Shown here in pieces: positions 1 through 9,811 of a DNA stretch of 64,000 nt. Every line of letters begins with the position of its first letter. The stretch's first letter is position 1. A program made the position numbers and the translations under genes. The stretch is from Nitrosopumilaceae archaeon (GTDB lineage Archaea; Thermoproteota; Nitrososphaeria; Nitrososphaerales; Nitrosopumilaceae), in NCBI GenBank assembly GCA_965209085.1, contig OZ242376.1, positions 1,376,001 through 1,440,000 on the forward strand, read 5' to 3'. The notes beneath the pieces were generated by a model that worked only from the letters and a program-made list of their open reading frames with translations, was not told the origin of the DNA and ran no database searches.

Positions 1-1199
1 GTATAGATCCGGCTCTTAGGCGTCCTGGCAGATTTGACCGAGAAGTCGAAATTACAGTACCAGATGATGATGGCAGATACGAAGTGTTGCAGATACATAC
101 TAGAGGCATGCCTATTGCAAAAAGTGTCGACCTAAAGGATTTGGCATCAGACCTGCACGGATATACTGGAGCGGACATAAAATCGCTGTGCAGGGAAGCT
201 GCGATAAAATCAATACGTCGCTATATTCCACAGATAGATTTGGAGACTGAAAAGATACCATACGGGGTTTTACAATCCATAGAGATAAAGATTATTGATT
301 TTTACGATGCCATGCGCGAGGTAGTACCCACGGTAATGCGGGAATTTTACGTAGAACGTCCAAAGATATGGTGGGATGACATCGGAGGTCTTGATGATAC
401 CAAAATGTCGCTGACCGACAACATTATACTTGCCATGAAGGATCCTGACAAATTTCACCGTATGGGAATACAGCCGCCCCGCGGCGCCCTCATATACGGT
501 CCTCCAGGATGCGGTAAATCACTTGTAGCTAGGGCAGTGGCAGCTGAGAGTAATGCAAACATGATACTAGTAAAAGGTCCTGAGATATTATCAAAATGGG
601 TCGGAGAATCAGAGAAAGCAATAAGGGAAATATTTCGCAAAGCTGCAATATCTTCCCCGTGTGTTGTGATATTAGACGAGATAGATTCGCTGGCAGGAAT
701 ACGCCAGAGTGAGGATGGGGTCAACAGCGGTTCTGCAAGGCCGGTGCTTGGCCAGCTGCTCACGGAAATAGAGGATGTGTCATCTAACAGGGTTGCAGTG
801 ATAGGTATAACAAACAGACCGGACATGCTTGATTCAGCCATGCTCAGAACCGGAAGGCTTGATCTTTCACTGTATGTAGCTCCCCCCGACGAGAAAGGCA
901 GGCTAGAGATTATAAAAATAATTACCCGCAACATGCCACTTGCCGATGATGTAAATTTTACAGAGATTGCAATATCCACGCAAAATTATACGGGTGCGGA
1001 TCTTGCATCACTGTGCAGGGAAGCTGGAATATTAGCCATGAAGGCAGAATCAAAATCCATCCGCAGTACCGACTTTGCATCAGCACTCAAGAAAATAAAT
1101 CCGTCAATAACACCGGATGTTGAAAAATGGTATGCAGACATGCAAAAAAATATGTCAAACGCCCTTCCAAAGCCTTTAGATAAGCCGTTTTACCGCTGA
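1..1199 (+). CDS. cdc48: CDC48/p97 (VCP) family AAA+ ATPase, 5'-truncated by the window edge
   Basis: End of the first AAA domain (DPALRRPGRFDRE, upstream in frame), second Walker A GPPGCGKS, Walker B ILDEID, SRH TNRPD...LRTGRLD; C-terminal HbYX-like FYR. Confidence 0.93.
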   Translation, partial: IDPALRRPGRFDREVEITVPDDDGRYEVLQIHTRGMPIAKSVDLKDLASDLHGYTGADIKSLCREAAIKSIRRYIPQIDLETEKIPYGVLQSIEIKIIDFYDAMREVVPTVMREFYVERPKIWWDDIGGLDDTKMSLTDNIILAMKDPDKFHRMGIQPPRGALIYGPPGCGKSLVARAVAAESNANMILVKGPEILSKWVGESEKAIREIFRKAAISSPCVVILDEIDSLAGIRQSEDGVNSGSARPVLGQLLTEIEDVSSNRVAVIGITNRPDMLDSAMLRTGRLDLSLYVAPPDEKGRLEIIKIITRNMPLADDVNFTEIAISTQNYTGADLASLCREAGILAMKAESKSIRSTDFASALKKINPSITPDVEKWYADMQKNMSNALPKPLDKPFYR

Positions 1200-1206
1200 A
1201 TGTCAC

Positions 1207-1497
1207 ATGCCGTTGCCAATAAAGCATACCGTGTTTGACATTATAGAAAAGGCAAAATCTCTTACAGATTCTGAACTTGAAAAAGTACTCATAAAAAACA
1301 GCATAATCATACCCAAAGACATATTCAATAAAATACTTTTAGATTTGGAGATAATGGGTAAGGTTAGCGTTACATGGCTCTCAAAGGATGCAAGAAGGAT
1401 AGAGGTTATCGAGACCCAATACGAGGTCGACGAAGTGGAGCAGGAAAATGTCAAAGCTACAGAACGTGATTATGAGGCAAGTTTTCCCGGAACCTAG
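1207..1497 (+). CDS. Small winged-helix-like protein with acidic C-terminal tail
   Basis: 96-aa ORF 7 nt after cdc48; FNKILLDLEIMGKVSV resembles a wHTH recognition helix plus wing. Confidence 0.65.
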   Translation: MPLPIKHTVFDIIEKAKSLTDSELEKVLIKNSIIIPKDIFNKILLDLEIMGKVSVTWLSKDARRIEVIETQYEVDEVEQENVKATERDYEASFPGT

Positions 1498-2372
1498 ATT
1501 CTTATGTGAAATGCAGCATCCAATGCAACTCCTGCGAATATTATTACAAGATATGGTGCAGTTACTTTGTAAGCTTTCCACGCAAACTCAGAAGTTGGAT
1601 TTTGTACCAACTTGTAATGGTATACAAGCATCAATCCGCCAGATACTGCTGCAATTACAAGATAAACTAGACCAAGTCCAAATGCGTACAGTACAAGTGA
1701 ATACGGCAAAAGCAACGCAGTGTTAACTAGTATGTATTTTGAGGTTTTGTGCATTCCTATAACCACCGGCAGCATTGGAATCTTGGCTGCTGCATAATCG
1801 TCTCTGATCTTCATGGCAAGACACCAAAAATGTGACGGAGTCCACGCAAAAACCAAAAATCCCACCAAAATTCCAAGAATGTTGATCGAGCCATCCGCTG
1901 CTGCCCATCCGGCCATCGAGGCGGCACTGCCGGCAAATCCGCCTATTACGATGTTTGATGTGTGTCGACGTTTGAGCCATACTGTGTATATTATTACATA
2001 AAAGAACACTCCAAGCGCGGTAAAAAATGCAGTGAGTGGATTTAATGCAAAATATGCGTATATCACGGATGCACAGCTTGCAGCAAGCCCATATGCTAGC
2101 ACTACTGTCGGTGAGATGCTGCCAGATGGTATGGGTCGTTTGCTAGTTCTAGTCATAATCAGATCTATATCCTTGTCATAATAGTGGTTGAGCGCGCTAG
2201 AGCCTGCAGATGCAACTGCACCCACTATGATAATGTTCAAGTATGCAGCATAATTTGGTGAATCCGGCATTACATACAGCGTTTCGGCAGCATACAGTGA
2301 CGTAACTGCCGTAATTACCAACAGTATCACTATGCGCGGTTTCGAGACCTCTAGTATCTGAGCAAGCACCAA
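1494..2372 (-). CDS. cyoE: Protoheme IX farnesyltransferase (heme o synthase)
   Basis: UbiA-family motifs NHYYDKDIDLIMTRTSKRPIPSG, YTVWLKRR, WTPSHFW, DDYAAAKIPMLPV; multi-TM. Confidence 0.93.
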   Translation of the reverse strand: MVLAQILEVSKPRIVILLVITAVTSLYAAETLYVMPDSPNYAAYLNIIIVGAVASAGSSALNHYYDKDIDLIMTRTSKRPIPSGSISPTVVLAYGLAASCASVIYAYFALNPLTAFFTALGVFFYVIIYTVWLKRRHTSNIVIGGFAGSAASMAGWAAADGSINILGILVGFLVFAWTPSHFWCLAMKIRDDYAAAKIPMLPVVIGMHKTSKYILVNTALLLPYSLVLYAFGLGLVYLVIAAVSGGLMLVYHYKLVQNPTSEFAWKAYKVTAPYLVIIFAGVALDAAFHIRI

Positions 2373-2586
2373 GGAAATTTATGAATATATCGGGATTTTT
2401 AACTCTATAGTACTCCCGTTTTAGGGATCGTATGGCGTGTTCAATCCACGCATATTCGGTATGAGGTCAGCACCTCGTGCTATTTTGTGCATACATATTC
2501 ATTTATTGCATAAATTCTAGGCATGATGTGACCTCGCACCATATTCGTTTACAAAGGGTTAATTATTACGCCTAGTGAGGGCGGTT

Positions 2587-3372
2587 ATGAGTAACTGGGA
2601 TTTAATGATGCCCGGAATGGGTCTTACAGCCATAGGTCTTGCAGGAGTTGTCATATCCTATTCAGGAGTGGCTCACACGTTCTTAGACGGTATGCACTCT
2701 CTGACCGGACTTACCATGTTTATAGGACTGATCTTTTTGGCAGCTGGAATATTACAGGGCGGTGTATCCACTAGCAACAAGGCAAAGGCCACAGTTTTAG
2801 TCATACTTTCAATATCACTGGCATTTGGAACTGCCGGACTGATATACAACACGATAAGCACGGTTCCACTCTTTGCTGGGATTATGATGATTATTGTAGT
2901 ACCTGCAATTATCATAGCGTATGTATCTACAAAGATGCCAGCGTACGCGCGCGCCATGTCGATAATATTTATACTTGCGGCAGTGGCAGGGATAAGTTCG
3001 TTTACAGCGTTTGGTTATATTGGTCCATCACCGTATCTTGTAGAAGAGACCGTGGTGGCAGAACCCATACCAGAAATTCCCCAGGGTCGGGCATTTGCAA
3101 TATCCATACTAGCAGGTTCCGCCCAGCAGGGCAATCCAGACTATGATCCAGAAAACGCAGTTGTTCCATCAGGTGAGATCATAAAATGGTCAAACGACGA
3201 CGATATTGTTCACACGGTAACTAGTACAAAGGATGTTGGGGAATCATTTGATTCAGGATTAATCTCGCCCGGTAGCGAGTATCTGCTTGATCCGTCAATA
3301 CTTGAATCCAAAGCGTATGACTATCTTTGCATAGTACATCCGTGGATGAGTGCCTCTTTTACAATCGAATAA
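2587..3372 (+). CDS. Membrane protein with C-terminal cupredoxin (blue copper) domain
   Basis: About 5 TM helices, then WSNDDDIVHTVTS...YLCIVHPWM (type-1 Cu ligands His/Cys/His/Met); ATG 2587 follows a TATA-like element at ~2559-2568. Confidence 0.85.
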   Translation: MSNWDLMMPGMGLTAIGLAGVVISYSGVAHTFLDGMHSLTGLTMFIGLIFLAAGILQGGVSTSNKAKATVLVILSISLAFGTAGLIYNTISTVPLFAGIMMIIVVPAIIIAYVSTKMPAYARAMSIIFILAAVAGISSFTAFGYIGPSPYLVEETVVAEPIPEIPQGRAFAISILAGSAQQGNPDYDPENAVVPSGEIIKWSNDDDIVHTVTSTKDVGESFDSGLISPGSEYLLDPSILESKAYDYLCIVHPWMSASFTIE

Positions 3373-3788
3373 TGTTGACAGATTACATATTGTTAAATGA
3401 GTCACATACAAAAAAAATGTCAGATCATGCCAAAAACTCTCTTCCAAATGAGGCATGTGCCATTTTACTTGGTGATGTAGATGGCAGAGGTGTCATTCTA
3501 AAAGAAACGGTCATGGTAGAGAATGCGGATGCATCACCTGTTGAATTTTCCATAAATCCAGATCAATTATTCAGCACATATGCAAAGGCTGAAAAAGATG
3601 GTCTAAAGGTAATCGGAATATTTCATTCGCATCCAGTATCAGAAGCTGAGCCATCAGAGATGGATAAGAAATTTATGATGATAAATCCAGGAGTGTGGCT
3701 CATTTATTCCCAATCTAGCGGAAAATTTGCAGCATACGGCATCGATAGCGATAAAGCAGTGTATAAAATTTACATTCGTATGCATTAG
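3372..3788 (+). CDS. JAB/MPN+ (Mov34, M67) metalloprotease
   Basis: PNEACAILLG and IFHSHP...PSEMD (JAMM motif); ATG overlaps the upstream stop. Confidence 0.88.
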   Translation: MLTDYILLNESHTKKMSDHAKNSLPNEACAILLGDVDGRGVILKETVMVENADASPVEFSINPDQLFSTYAKAEKDGLKVIGIFHSHPVSEAEPSEMDKKFMMINPGVWLIYSQSSGKFAAYGIDSDKAVYKIYIRMH

Positions 3789-3824
3789 ATTGGTTTTTTA
3801 CCAAGACGCAAAAATAATTTCCAC

Positions 3825-4649
3825 ATGACTGAATCAATATCTGCAACATCAGCTTTGGTTCTGCTAATGGGCAGAGAATATTATGCCGGCGGATATGCAA
3901 AAAAATTTCTGAATTTGGTAAATTTGGATTCAGGTCTTGCCATGAAAAAACTCTCCGACAAGGTTTGGCCAAACTATGGGGAAATTGTTAAAAATCGCAA
4001 AGACTCCGTATACAGAACAATAACAGGCAGTTGTGATAAAATCGATCAGGTGGTTATTTTGGCATCAGGATACGATGCACAGGCTTTGAACGTTGCAGAA
4101 AAAAATAAGGGAATTTCGATATTCGAGGTCGACATACACAACATGGATGAAAAATCCGCCAGATACGACAGTATGGATATGGGGGAAATGCGCAAACGCG
4201 TGTCCGCTGTAACGTGTGATATAACATCAGGGAGTCTTTTTGTAAAACTAGAGAATGCTGGCTGGAACAGTCAAAAACCCACGGTAATAGTGGCAGAAGG
4301 TATTAGCTATTATCTAAGATACGAGCAGTTTTGGGATCTTGTATCGCAGTTTTCCTCTGAAAATTCCCACAACCGCATGGTGGTAGACTATATGGTGCCG
4401 ATGTACAAGATGGATTCAGAAAACAGTGCAAGGATGTCAGGCGTGTTTAAAATAATATGCGATAGTGTGGATATGGATTTTTTGACCGTATACGAGTATG
4501 AAAATATGCACAAACGCATACTTGGACTTGGTGGAAGGCCCATATCACATGAAACGCTTCACATGATGGAGCTTGCGCGCACCGGAAAGAGTACGTATTT
4601 TGATCAAAGTTCACGCGGGGGCATAGAAACGTGTTCTTTTGACATATGA
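3825..4649 (+). CDS. Class I SAM-dependent methyltransferase (LCM-like family)
   Basis: QVVILASGYD, FEVD and IVAEGISYYL motifs typical of the leucine carboxyl methyltransferase-like family. Confidence 0.8.
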   Translation: MTESISATSALVLLMGREYYAGGYAKKFLNLVNLDSGLAMKKLSDKVWPNYGEIVKNRKDSVYRTITGSCDKIDQVVILASGYDAQALNVAEKNKGISIFEVDIHNMDEKSARYDSMDMGEMRKRVSAVTCDITSGSLFVKLENAGWNSQKPTVIVAEGISYYLRYEQFWDLVSQFSSENSHNRMVVDYMVPMYKMDSENSARMSGVFKIICDSVDMDFLTVYEYENMHKRILGLGGRPISHETLHMMELARTGKSTYFDQSSRGGIETCSFDI

Positions 4650-4683
4650 TATGGCATATATGCGGATTACTGACGATATAGTT

Positions 4684-5463
4684 ATGCTGACTGTAATTCC
4701 GATCAAGGCTGCAAGAGAGCGCGGCGTGTTTAATCTCTTTGATGCCATAACTACATCTCTTGCAAAGTCTAGCTCAAATTTGCAAAACGGAGACATTTTG
4801 GTTATATCCACAAAATACGTCTCGTATTCGCAGGGCAGATGCATACCGCTTGATGATGTGGTATGCTCGCAAGATGGCAGGACACTTGGGGAAAAATACG
4901 GACTTGGTGAGAATATGGCAGAAACAATACTGCGTGAGTCAGATGTAATATTTGGCGGCGTTCGAGGTTTTGTAATGGCAGCATGTGGGAAAATTCTTGC
5001 ACCAAATGCTGGAATCGACATGTCAAATTCGGATAAAAAAAATGCAATTTTGTATCCAGTAAATCCGTATGCTGTAGCAGAACAGATACGCCGCATGATA
5101 TTTTTAAAATGGTCCGTGCATACGGGTATCATACTTTCAGACAGCAGACTAGCTCCAGTAAGGGCAGGAACCACCGGCGTGGCAATCTCTTGTTCGGGAA
5201 TATCACCCACCGAAGATAAAAGAGGCACCATGGATCTGGACGGCAGGCCGCTGCTTGTTACAGCACAGGCAACAGCTGACAATATTGCCACAATTGCAAA
5301 TCATATGATGGGCGAGGGGGCAGAGTCCACCCCTCTGGCAATAGTCAGAAATTCAGGAGCTAAGATGACCGGTAAAAGAGCAAACCCGGATACTGCTGCA
5401 GTATCGTATGAGAAATGCCTCTATATGCGGGCATTGAGATCAGATAATGCTCAGAGCGTATGA
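4684..5463 (+). CDS. cofE: Coenzyme F420-0:L-glutamate ligase
   Basis: GDILVISTKYVS, PNAGIDMSN, DSR...R.GTTGVA, DLDGRPL, MGEGAESTP. Confidence 0.88.
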   Translation: MLTVIPIKAARERGVFNLFDAITTSLAKSSSNLQNGDILVISTKYVSYSQGRCIPLDDVVCSQDGRTLGEKYGLGENMAETILRESDVIFGGVRGFVMAACGKILAPNAGIDMSNSDKKNAILYPVNPYAVAEQIRRMIFLKWSVHTGIILSDSRLAPVRAGTTGVAISCSGISPTEDKRGTMDLDGRPLLVTAQATADNIATIANHMMGEGAESTPLAIVRNSGAKMTGKRANPDTAAVSYEKCLYMRALRSDNAQSV

Positions 5464-5591
5464 ATTTAACATGTAATAATAATATTTTGGGTCTAGATCT
5501 TAATTTTTCGTATAAATTATAGGCACGGGCAAACTCGTGCGTCAAAGCAACAAAACGTATTAAATATAACCAAAATTTGCTTTTAGAATGA

Positions 5592-6143
5592 ATGGATTAC
5601 GATACTAGATACCCAAAAACCATAAAGTGCGACAATGGCAAAAAAACAAGGGTAAAAATAAACAAAGACGAGGTCGAACACCTTCATCTAGTGGTGCGTA
5701 AAAACATCGATGAACTTGTAAACATGTTCAAAAAAGAGGGGTTTACCGGAGTAAAATTTGAACATAAAAAAGTTGCGCAGATAGGCAAGGGTCTTAATTT
5801 AAAACTCAAAAGACCATGGGAGATGCATATAAGATTTATCGACATGAAGAAGGGACTTGTAGCTATACAGGGGGAAGTCGAAGTTTCCAGGGATTATCTG
5901 CAGCACCTGTTCTGCCAAAGCACGCCTGTCATATACGAGATTGAAAACGTACTCAAGAAAAATCTGATAGACTACCGCGTGTGGAATTCAAGAATTGGCA
6001 GCTATATCAGCTCCGTTTTGGACAATTATTCCATAAAATTGGCAAAACCAAACATACCAGTGTTTGCATGGAAACCCATGGTATACGTCATAGGATGCAT
6101 TGGAACGTTGTATCTGTGCAGATATCTTTTGAGAGTATCCTAA
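5592..6143 (+). CDS. Hypothetical protein with C-terminal TM helix
   Basis: 183-aa ORF, TATA-like ttaaatata ~25-30 nt upstream, hydrophobic C-terminus. Confidence 0.7.
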   Translation: MDYDTRYPKTIKCDNGKKTRVKINKDEVEHLHLVVRKNIDELVNMFKKEGFTGVKFEHKKVAQIGKGLNLKLKRPWEMHIRFIDMKKGLVAIQGEVEVSRDYLQHLFCQSTPVIYEIENVLKKNLIDYRVWNSRIGSYISSVLDNYSIKLAKPNIPVFAWKPMVYVIGCIGTLYLCRYLLRVS

Positions 6144-6181
6144 TAGAAATTTTAATTACACACGGTGCAAACCGTTGCATC

Positions 6182-6727
6182 ATGGAAAAAAGCTCGCAAA
6201 TTCTAATGATGCATTATGGAATCTCCCCATGGGAGCTTGAAGTTGCATATGGTATATTTTCCAAAAAATTTGCCGTTGAACAAAAAGACATTGAATACGA
6301 CGGCGAGGAATATTCCAGCATACTCCAGATAGACATACCTGTGGTTTTTGGAGACATGTTTTTTGACTGGTTTGGGCGCAAGGAATGGGATAGGATGAAA
6401 TTCCTCCTAAAGGAGATGAAACGCAGAAGGGGCGGCAGAAAGGCGATAAAGACGGTTGTAAATTTTGCCGGAGAGCCGACAATACGGTTTATAGTTGACG
6501 CACAAGACCGCGATTGGTACAACAATGCCGTAGAGAAAATGGATTTTATGACAGAGCTCATACAGCATCATTTGGCCGAGGGTGAGATACCCAAAGGGGC
6601 GGAGAGTGTAACGTACAGGTATGATGAAAAAACAAAAAAATGGTCCATACAGGAGGCGGTTGCAGACGGGTGTGAATTTATTAAAAAAAATGGCTCGTGG
6701 ACAAAAATAATTCCAGCAGAAGACTAG
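6182..6727 (+). CDS. Hypothetical protein
   Basis: Likely start MEKSS at 6182; the longer track ORF overlaps the preceding gene. Confidence 0.65.
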   Translation: MEKSSQILMMHYGISPWELEVAYGIFSKKFAVEQKDIEYDGEEYSSILQIDIPVVFGDMFFDWFGRKEWDRMKFLLKEMKRRRGGRKAIKTVVNFAGEPTIRFIVDAQDRDWYNNAVEKMDFMTELIQHHLAEGEIPKGAESVTYRYDEKTKKWSIQEAVADGCEFIKKNGSWTKIIPAED

Positions 6728-7680
6728 ACTTGCAGCGAATCAAGTATGTCCTGTGCAACCTCAACTGGCCTGCCCTCAGAGGATATCTGCTGTTCTGCTG
6801 GAGGATTGTCCTCGTAGCCTGGTATGTTATCGCCCATACGGCTTACAAACGGACGGGCCGTATTGTTTTTGTAAAATATTCCCACGGGTATTTTATCATC
6901 CCATTCTAATGATTTTGTAACGGCCATTCCCATCTTTTCGTTTATTTGATCTTCACGGTTTACGTTGCCATCGTACCCGACATCATCTAGCCGGTATATG
7001 CGCGAGTGCCTCTCTGTAGCCTCTGATGCAAGATCCTCTCCGGCATACCACTCACGTGTATTCACGTCATTATACGTGGGGCAGGGCTGCAGTACGTCCA
7101 AAAATGACGTACCCTTGTGCTGCACGGCAGAAATTATCAGATCCTTTAGATGTCTAACGTCGTACGAGTATCCCCTTGCCACGAACGTAAAACCGCTTGC
7201 CACGGCAAGTCCGATTGGGTTTACTGCATAATTTGGATTTGGTACCGCAAGTGATTTTGTCTTTTCTCCAAGTTTTAACGTGGGCGAGGCCTGCCCTTTG
7301 GTAAGTCCGTATACTCCGTTGTTGAATATAATGTATGTAATATCCACGTTACGCCGTCCTGCCGCAACAAAGTGTCCGGCACCTATTCCCAGTCCGTCAC
7401 CATCCCCGCCTGCGGCCAAAACTGTAAGATTTGGATTTGCAAGTTTTGCCCCCTGTGCAAACGTCAAAACCCTGCCGTGCAGCGTGTGCACGCCGTAGAC
7501 GTTTACAAAATGGGAAGTCTTTCCAGAGCATCCTATGCCGGTAAAAAGGGCAGTTTTATGTCTAGGCAATCCCATCTCGGCCAGCGCCATTTGTATTGAA
7601 TTTACAATTCCAAAGTCGCCGCATCCTGGACACCAGTCGTTGTGTACATTGGTTTTAAATTCGGACAGTTTAGACGCCAT
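6724..7680 (-). CDS. korB: 2-oxoacid:ferredoxin oxidoreductase beta subunit
   Basis: WCPGCGDFG, GIGCS, TPP motif GDGD...NN, QPCPTYN. Confidence 0.92.
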   Translation of the reverse strand: MASKLSEFKTNVHNDWCPGCGDFGIVNSIQMALAEMGLPRHKTALFTGIGCSGKTSHFVNVYGVHTLHGRVLTFAQGAKLANPNLTVLAAGGDGDGLGIGAGHFVAAGRRNVDITYIIFNNGVYGLTKGQASPTLKLGEKTKSLAVPNPNYAVNPIGLAVASGFTFVARGYSYDVRHLKDLIISAVQHKGTSFLDVLQPCPTYNDVNTREWYAGEDLASEATERHSRIYRLDDVGYDGNVNREDQINEKMGMAVTKSLEWDDKIPVGIFYKNNTARPFVSRMGDNIPGYEDNPPAEQQISSEGRPVEVAQDILDSLQV

Positions 7681-9589
7681 ATGTTAAAACCTCCCGTTTT
7701 TTTGCAGAGCCGGAAACTGCAGACTCTATTACGCTGCAAAGTTCCGTGCATGTCATCGCCCTGCCGGTATATTTTAAAATATTCACATCCGGTTCCAGTC
7801 CGGTCTGTTGCCGCAAAAGCATTCCAAATTGTCCTGTCTGGTTTGATTCAATGTTTATGATTGTTTTGGCATCTTGCAGCATTGAGGATATAATCGCTGC
7901 CGGAAATGGCCAGAGAAGTTTTGCCTGTACAAATCCCACGCGTATTCCCTTATTTTCCAGCATGTGCATGGCATCAAGTATCGGACCTTTGCATGAGCCC
8001 CAGCTTGTTATCATTACAGGCTGTCTGCCTCCGTGCAATACTGCCTGCTCTTCAGGAGGCAGATCTTTTAGCAGTGCGTCGTATTTTGAGAGACGTTTGT
8101 CCATCATTTTTTGCCGTAATCCTGGATCCTCGGTGATGTGTCCTTTTTCATCACGCTCATCCCCAGTATTCCAGAATATGCCCCCCTCCATGCCGATTCT
8201 AGAGCGTGGGGATATTCCATCAGGTACAAGTCTGAACCGTTTATAGTCATTCTCGGTTATTATATCTGGCATCTTTCCGCGGTCTATGCATATCCGTTCT
8301 GGCTCAAACCGGGGACACGTGCATATTGAACTGGCAATATACTTGTCCATCATGTGTATTACAGGCAGCTGGTAGTGTTCAGCATAGTTGAAACATTTTG
8401 CCGTATCGTAAAAGCTCTCCTCAACATCACCTGATGCATAAACAAGACGCGGAAATTCCCCGTGTCCGGCATGAACTGCGCACAACAGATCATCCTGTCC
8501 GTGTCTTGTTGGAAGTCCTGTGGACGGACCGCTTCTCTGATACAGGGTAATTACCACCGGTACCTCGTTGATTCCCGCCCATCCCAGGGTTTCACTCATC
8601 AGTGAAAATCCAGGACCGGACGTGCATGTTGCAGTGCGGCATCCGGTAAGAGCAGAGCCCACCGCCATCCCAATGGCGCATATTTCATCCTCTGTCTGCA
8701 CCACAATAACCGAACCGGGTTTGGTACCGCTAATTTTTTGATGTGTTTCAAGAAAATAGCTCTCATCTGTTGCCGGTGTTATAGGATAATACGGCTGCAT
8801 TCTGCATCCGCATACGAGTTTGCCTATTGCAGTGCCATGATACCCCTGTACTAGTATGGTGCGTCCTTTGCGTTCAGACTCTGGGATAGTATGGGTTAAA
8901 TTTCCAAGTGATGTGCCCACGCCGTGTGCATATCGCGATACGGACGCGTTTAGTTTTCCAAGTGCAGGTTTTGTGGCAAAAACTGATTCTGTTGCAGATA
9001 CGACTTTTTCTACAGATACTCCAAGCATTCCAAATGATGCAGAAACGCCTATGACGTTAAAGAGGCGCACCATGCGGGCAATTTTCGGTGTGTCAAGATC
9101 TTTTGCAAGATCATCCAATATTTGGCGAAACGCGACAGGATACAAATTTACTCCCGCAGTCTTTGCGGATTTGAGCACGTCTTGTACGCGTACATTCTCC
9201 AAACCGTAACGTTCCCTCAGTATTTGCAAAGATGCATCATCAAGCGTAGGAATCTCCGATGCTGCCACATCTTCTAGTTTGGAATCGTACATTATTGCCC
9301 CCCCAGAGTTTACGCTAAAAGCGTGCCGGAATATCGTTTCAGCATCATATGAGGCCATAAAATCAACTCCGCTAACGTTGGAGTGTATTGGCCTTTCAGA
9401 TACACGTATAACAAAATAGCTGTGTTCCCCCTTTATGTTGGAGTGATATTCTCTTTTGCCGAATATATGGCACCCGTTTGCAGCGCATACGGCAGAAAAA
9501 ATATTGGAAGCAGTTTCCACTCCGCTTCCCTGCGGACCTCCAATCATCCATGAAAGATCCCGCTCCATGGCTGCCATAAAATGTGCCAC
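7670..9589 (-). CDS. korA: 2-oxoacid:ferredoxin oxidoreductase alpha subunit (gamma-alpha fusion)
   Basis: IGGPQGSGV, YYPITPA, EDEI, TSGPGFSLM, RSGPSTGLPT. Confidence 0.92.
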   Translation of the reverse strand: MAHFMAAMERDLSWMIGGPQGSGVETASNIFSAVCAANGCHIFGKREYHSNIKGEHSYFVIRVSERPIHSNVSGVDFMASYDAETIFRHAFSVNSGGAIMYDSKLEDVAASEIPTLDDASLQILRERYGLENVRVQDVLKSAKTAGVNLYPVAFRQILDDLAKDLDTPKIARMVRLFNVIGVSASFGMLGVSVEKVVSATESVFATKPALGKLNASVSRYAHGVGTSLGNLTHTIPESERKGRTILVQGYHGTAIGKLVCGCRMQPYYPITPATDESYFLETHQKISGTKPGSVIVVQTEDEICAIGMAVGSALTGCRTATCTSGPGFSLMSETLGWAGINEVPVVITLYQRSGPSTGLPTRHGQDDLLCAVHAGHGEFPRLVYASGDVEESFYDTAKCFNYAEHYQLPVIHMMDKYIASSICTCPRFEPERICIDRGKMPDIITENDYKRFRLVPDGISPRSRIGMEGGIFWNTGDERDEKGHITEDPGLRQKMMDKRLSKYDALLKDLPPEEQAVLHGGRQPVMITSWGSCKGPILDAMHMLENKGIRVGFVQAKLLWPFPAAIISSMLQDAKTIINIESNQTGQFGMLLRQQTGLEPDVNILKYTGRAMTCTELCSVIESAVSGSAKKREVLTYGV

Positions 9590-9624
9590 ACTAATAAAAC
9601 ATATCCCAAAATTTGTAAAAAATC

Positions 9625-9759
9625 TCAGCCGCCGGTGGCAGCATCAAATAACGCGCATTCGCACTTGTCCCGTTCCCCACAAAAAGGGCAGACGCATTTG
9701 CATGCGTCATACTCGTTGCCGCAATCATCGCATTCAGAGAAATCGGCTATTTTTTCCAT
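9625..9759 (-). CDS. 44-aa Cys-rich microprotein ending in Gly-Gly (not in ORF track)
   Basis: Manual translation MEKIADFSECDDCGNEYDACKCVCPFCGERDKCECALFDAATGG*; 8 Cys; TATA-like element 24-29 nt upstream; fills the intergenic gap. Confidence 0.8.
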   Translation of the reverse strand: MEKIADFSECDDCGNEYDACKCVCPFCGERDKCECALFDAATGG

Positions 9760-9782
9760 GCTTTATGGTACAACTAGAATCG

Positions 9783-9788
9783 TATAAA
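9783..9788. promoter_or_regulatory. Probable shared bidirectional TATA box
   Basis: TATAAA/TTTATA lies 24-29 nt from both the minus-strand ATG at 9759 and the plus-strand ATG at 9812. Confidence 0.55.
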
Positions 9789-9811
9789 TTGTTTATTCTA
9801 CATGTACATAT

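Noticed and set aside
5523-5540. GCACGGG-CAAA-CTCGTGC hairpin
   Set aside because: An isolated 7-bp stem with no other support
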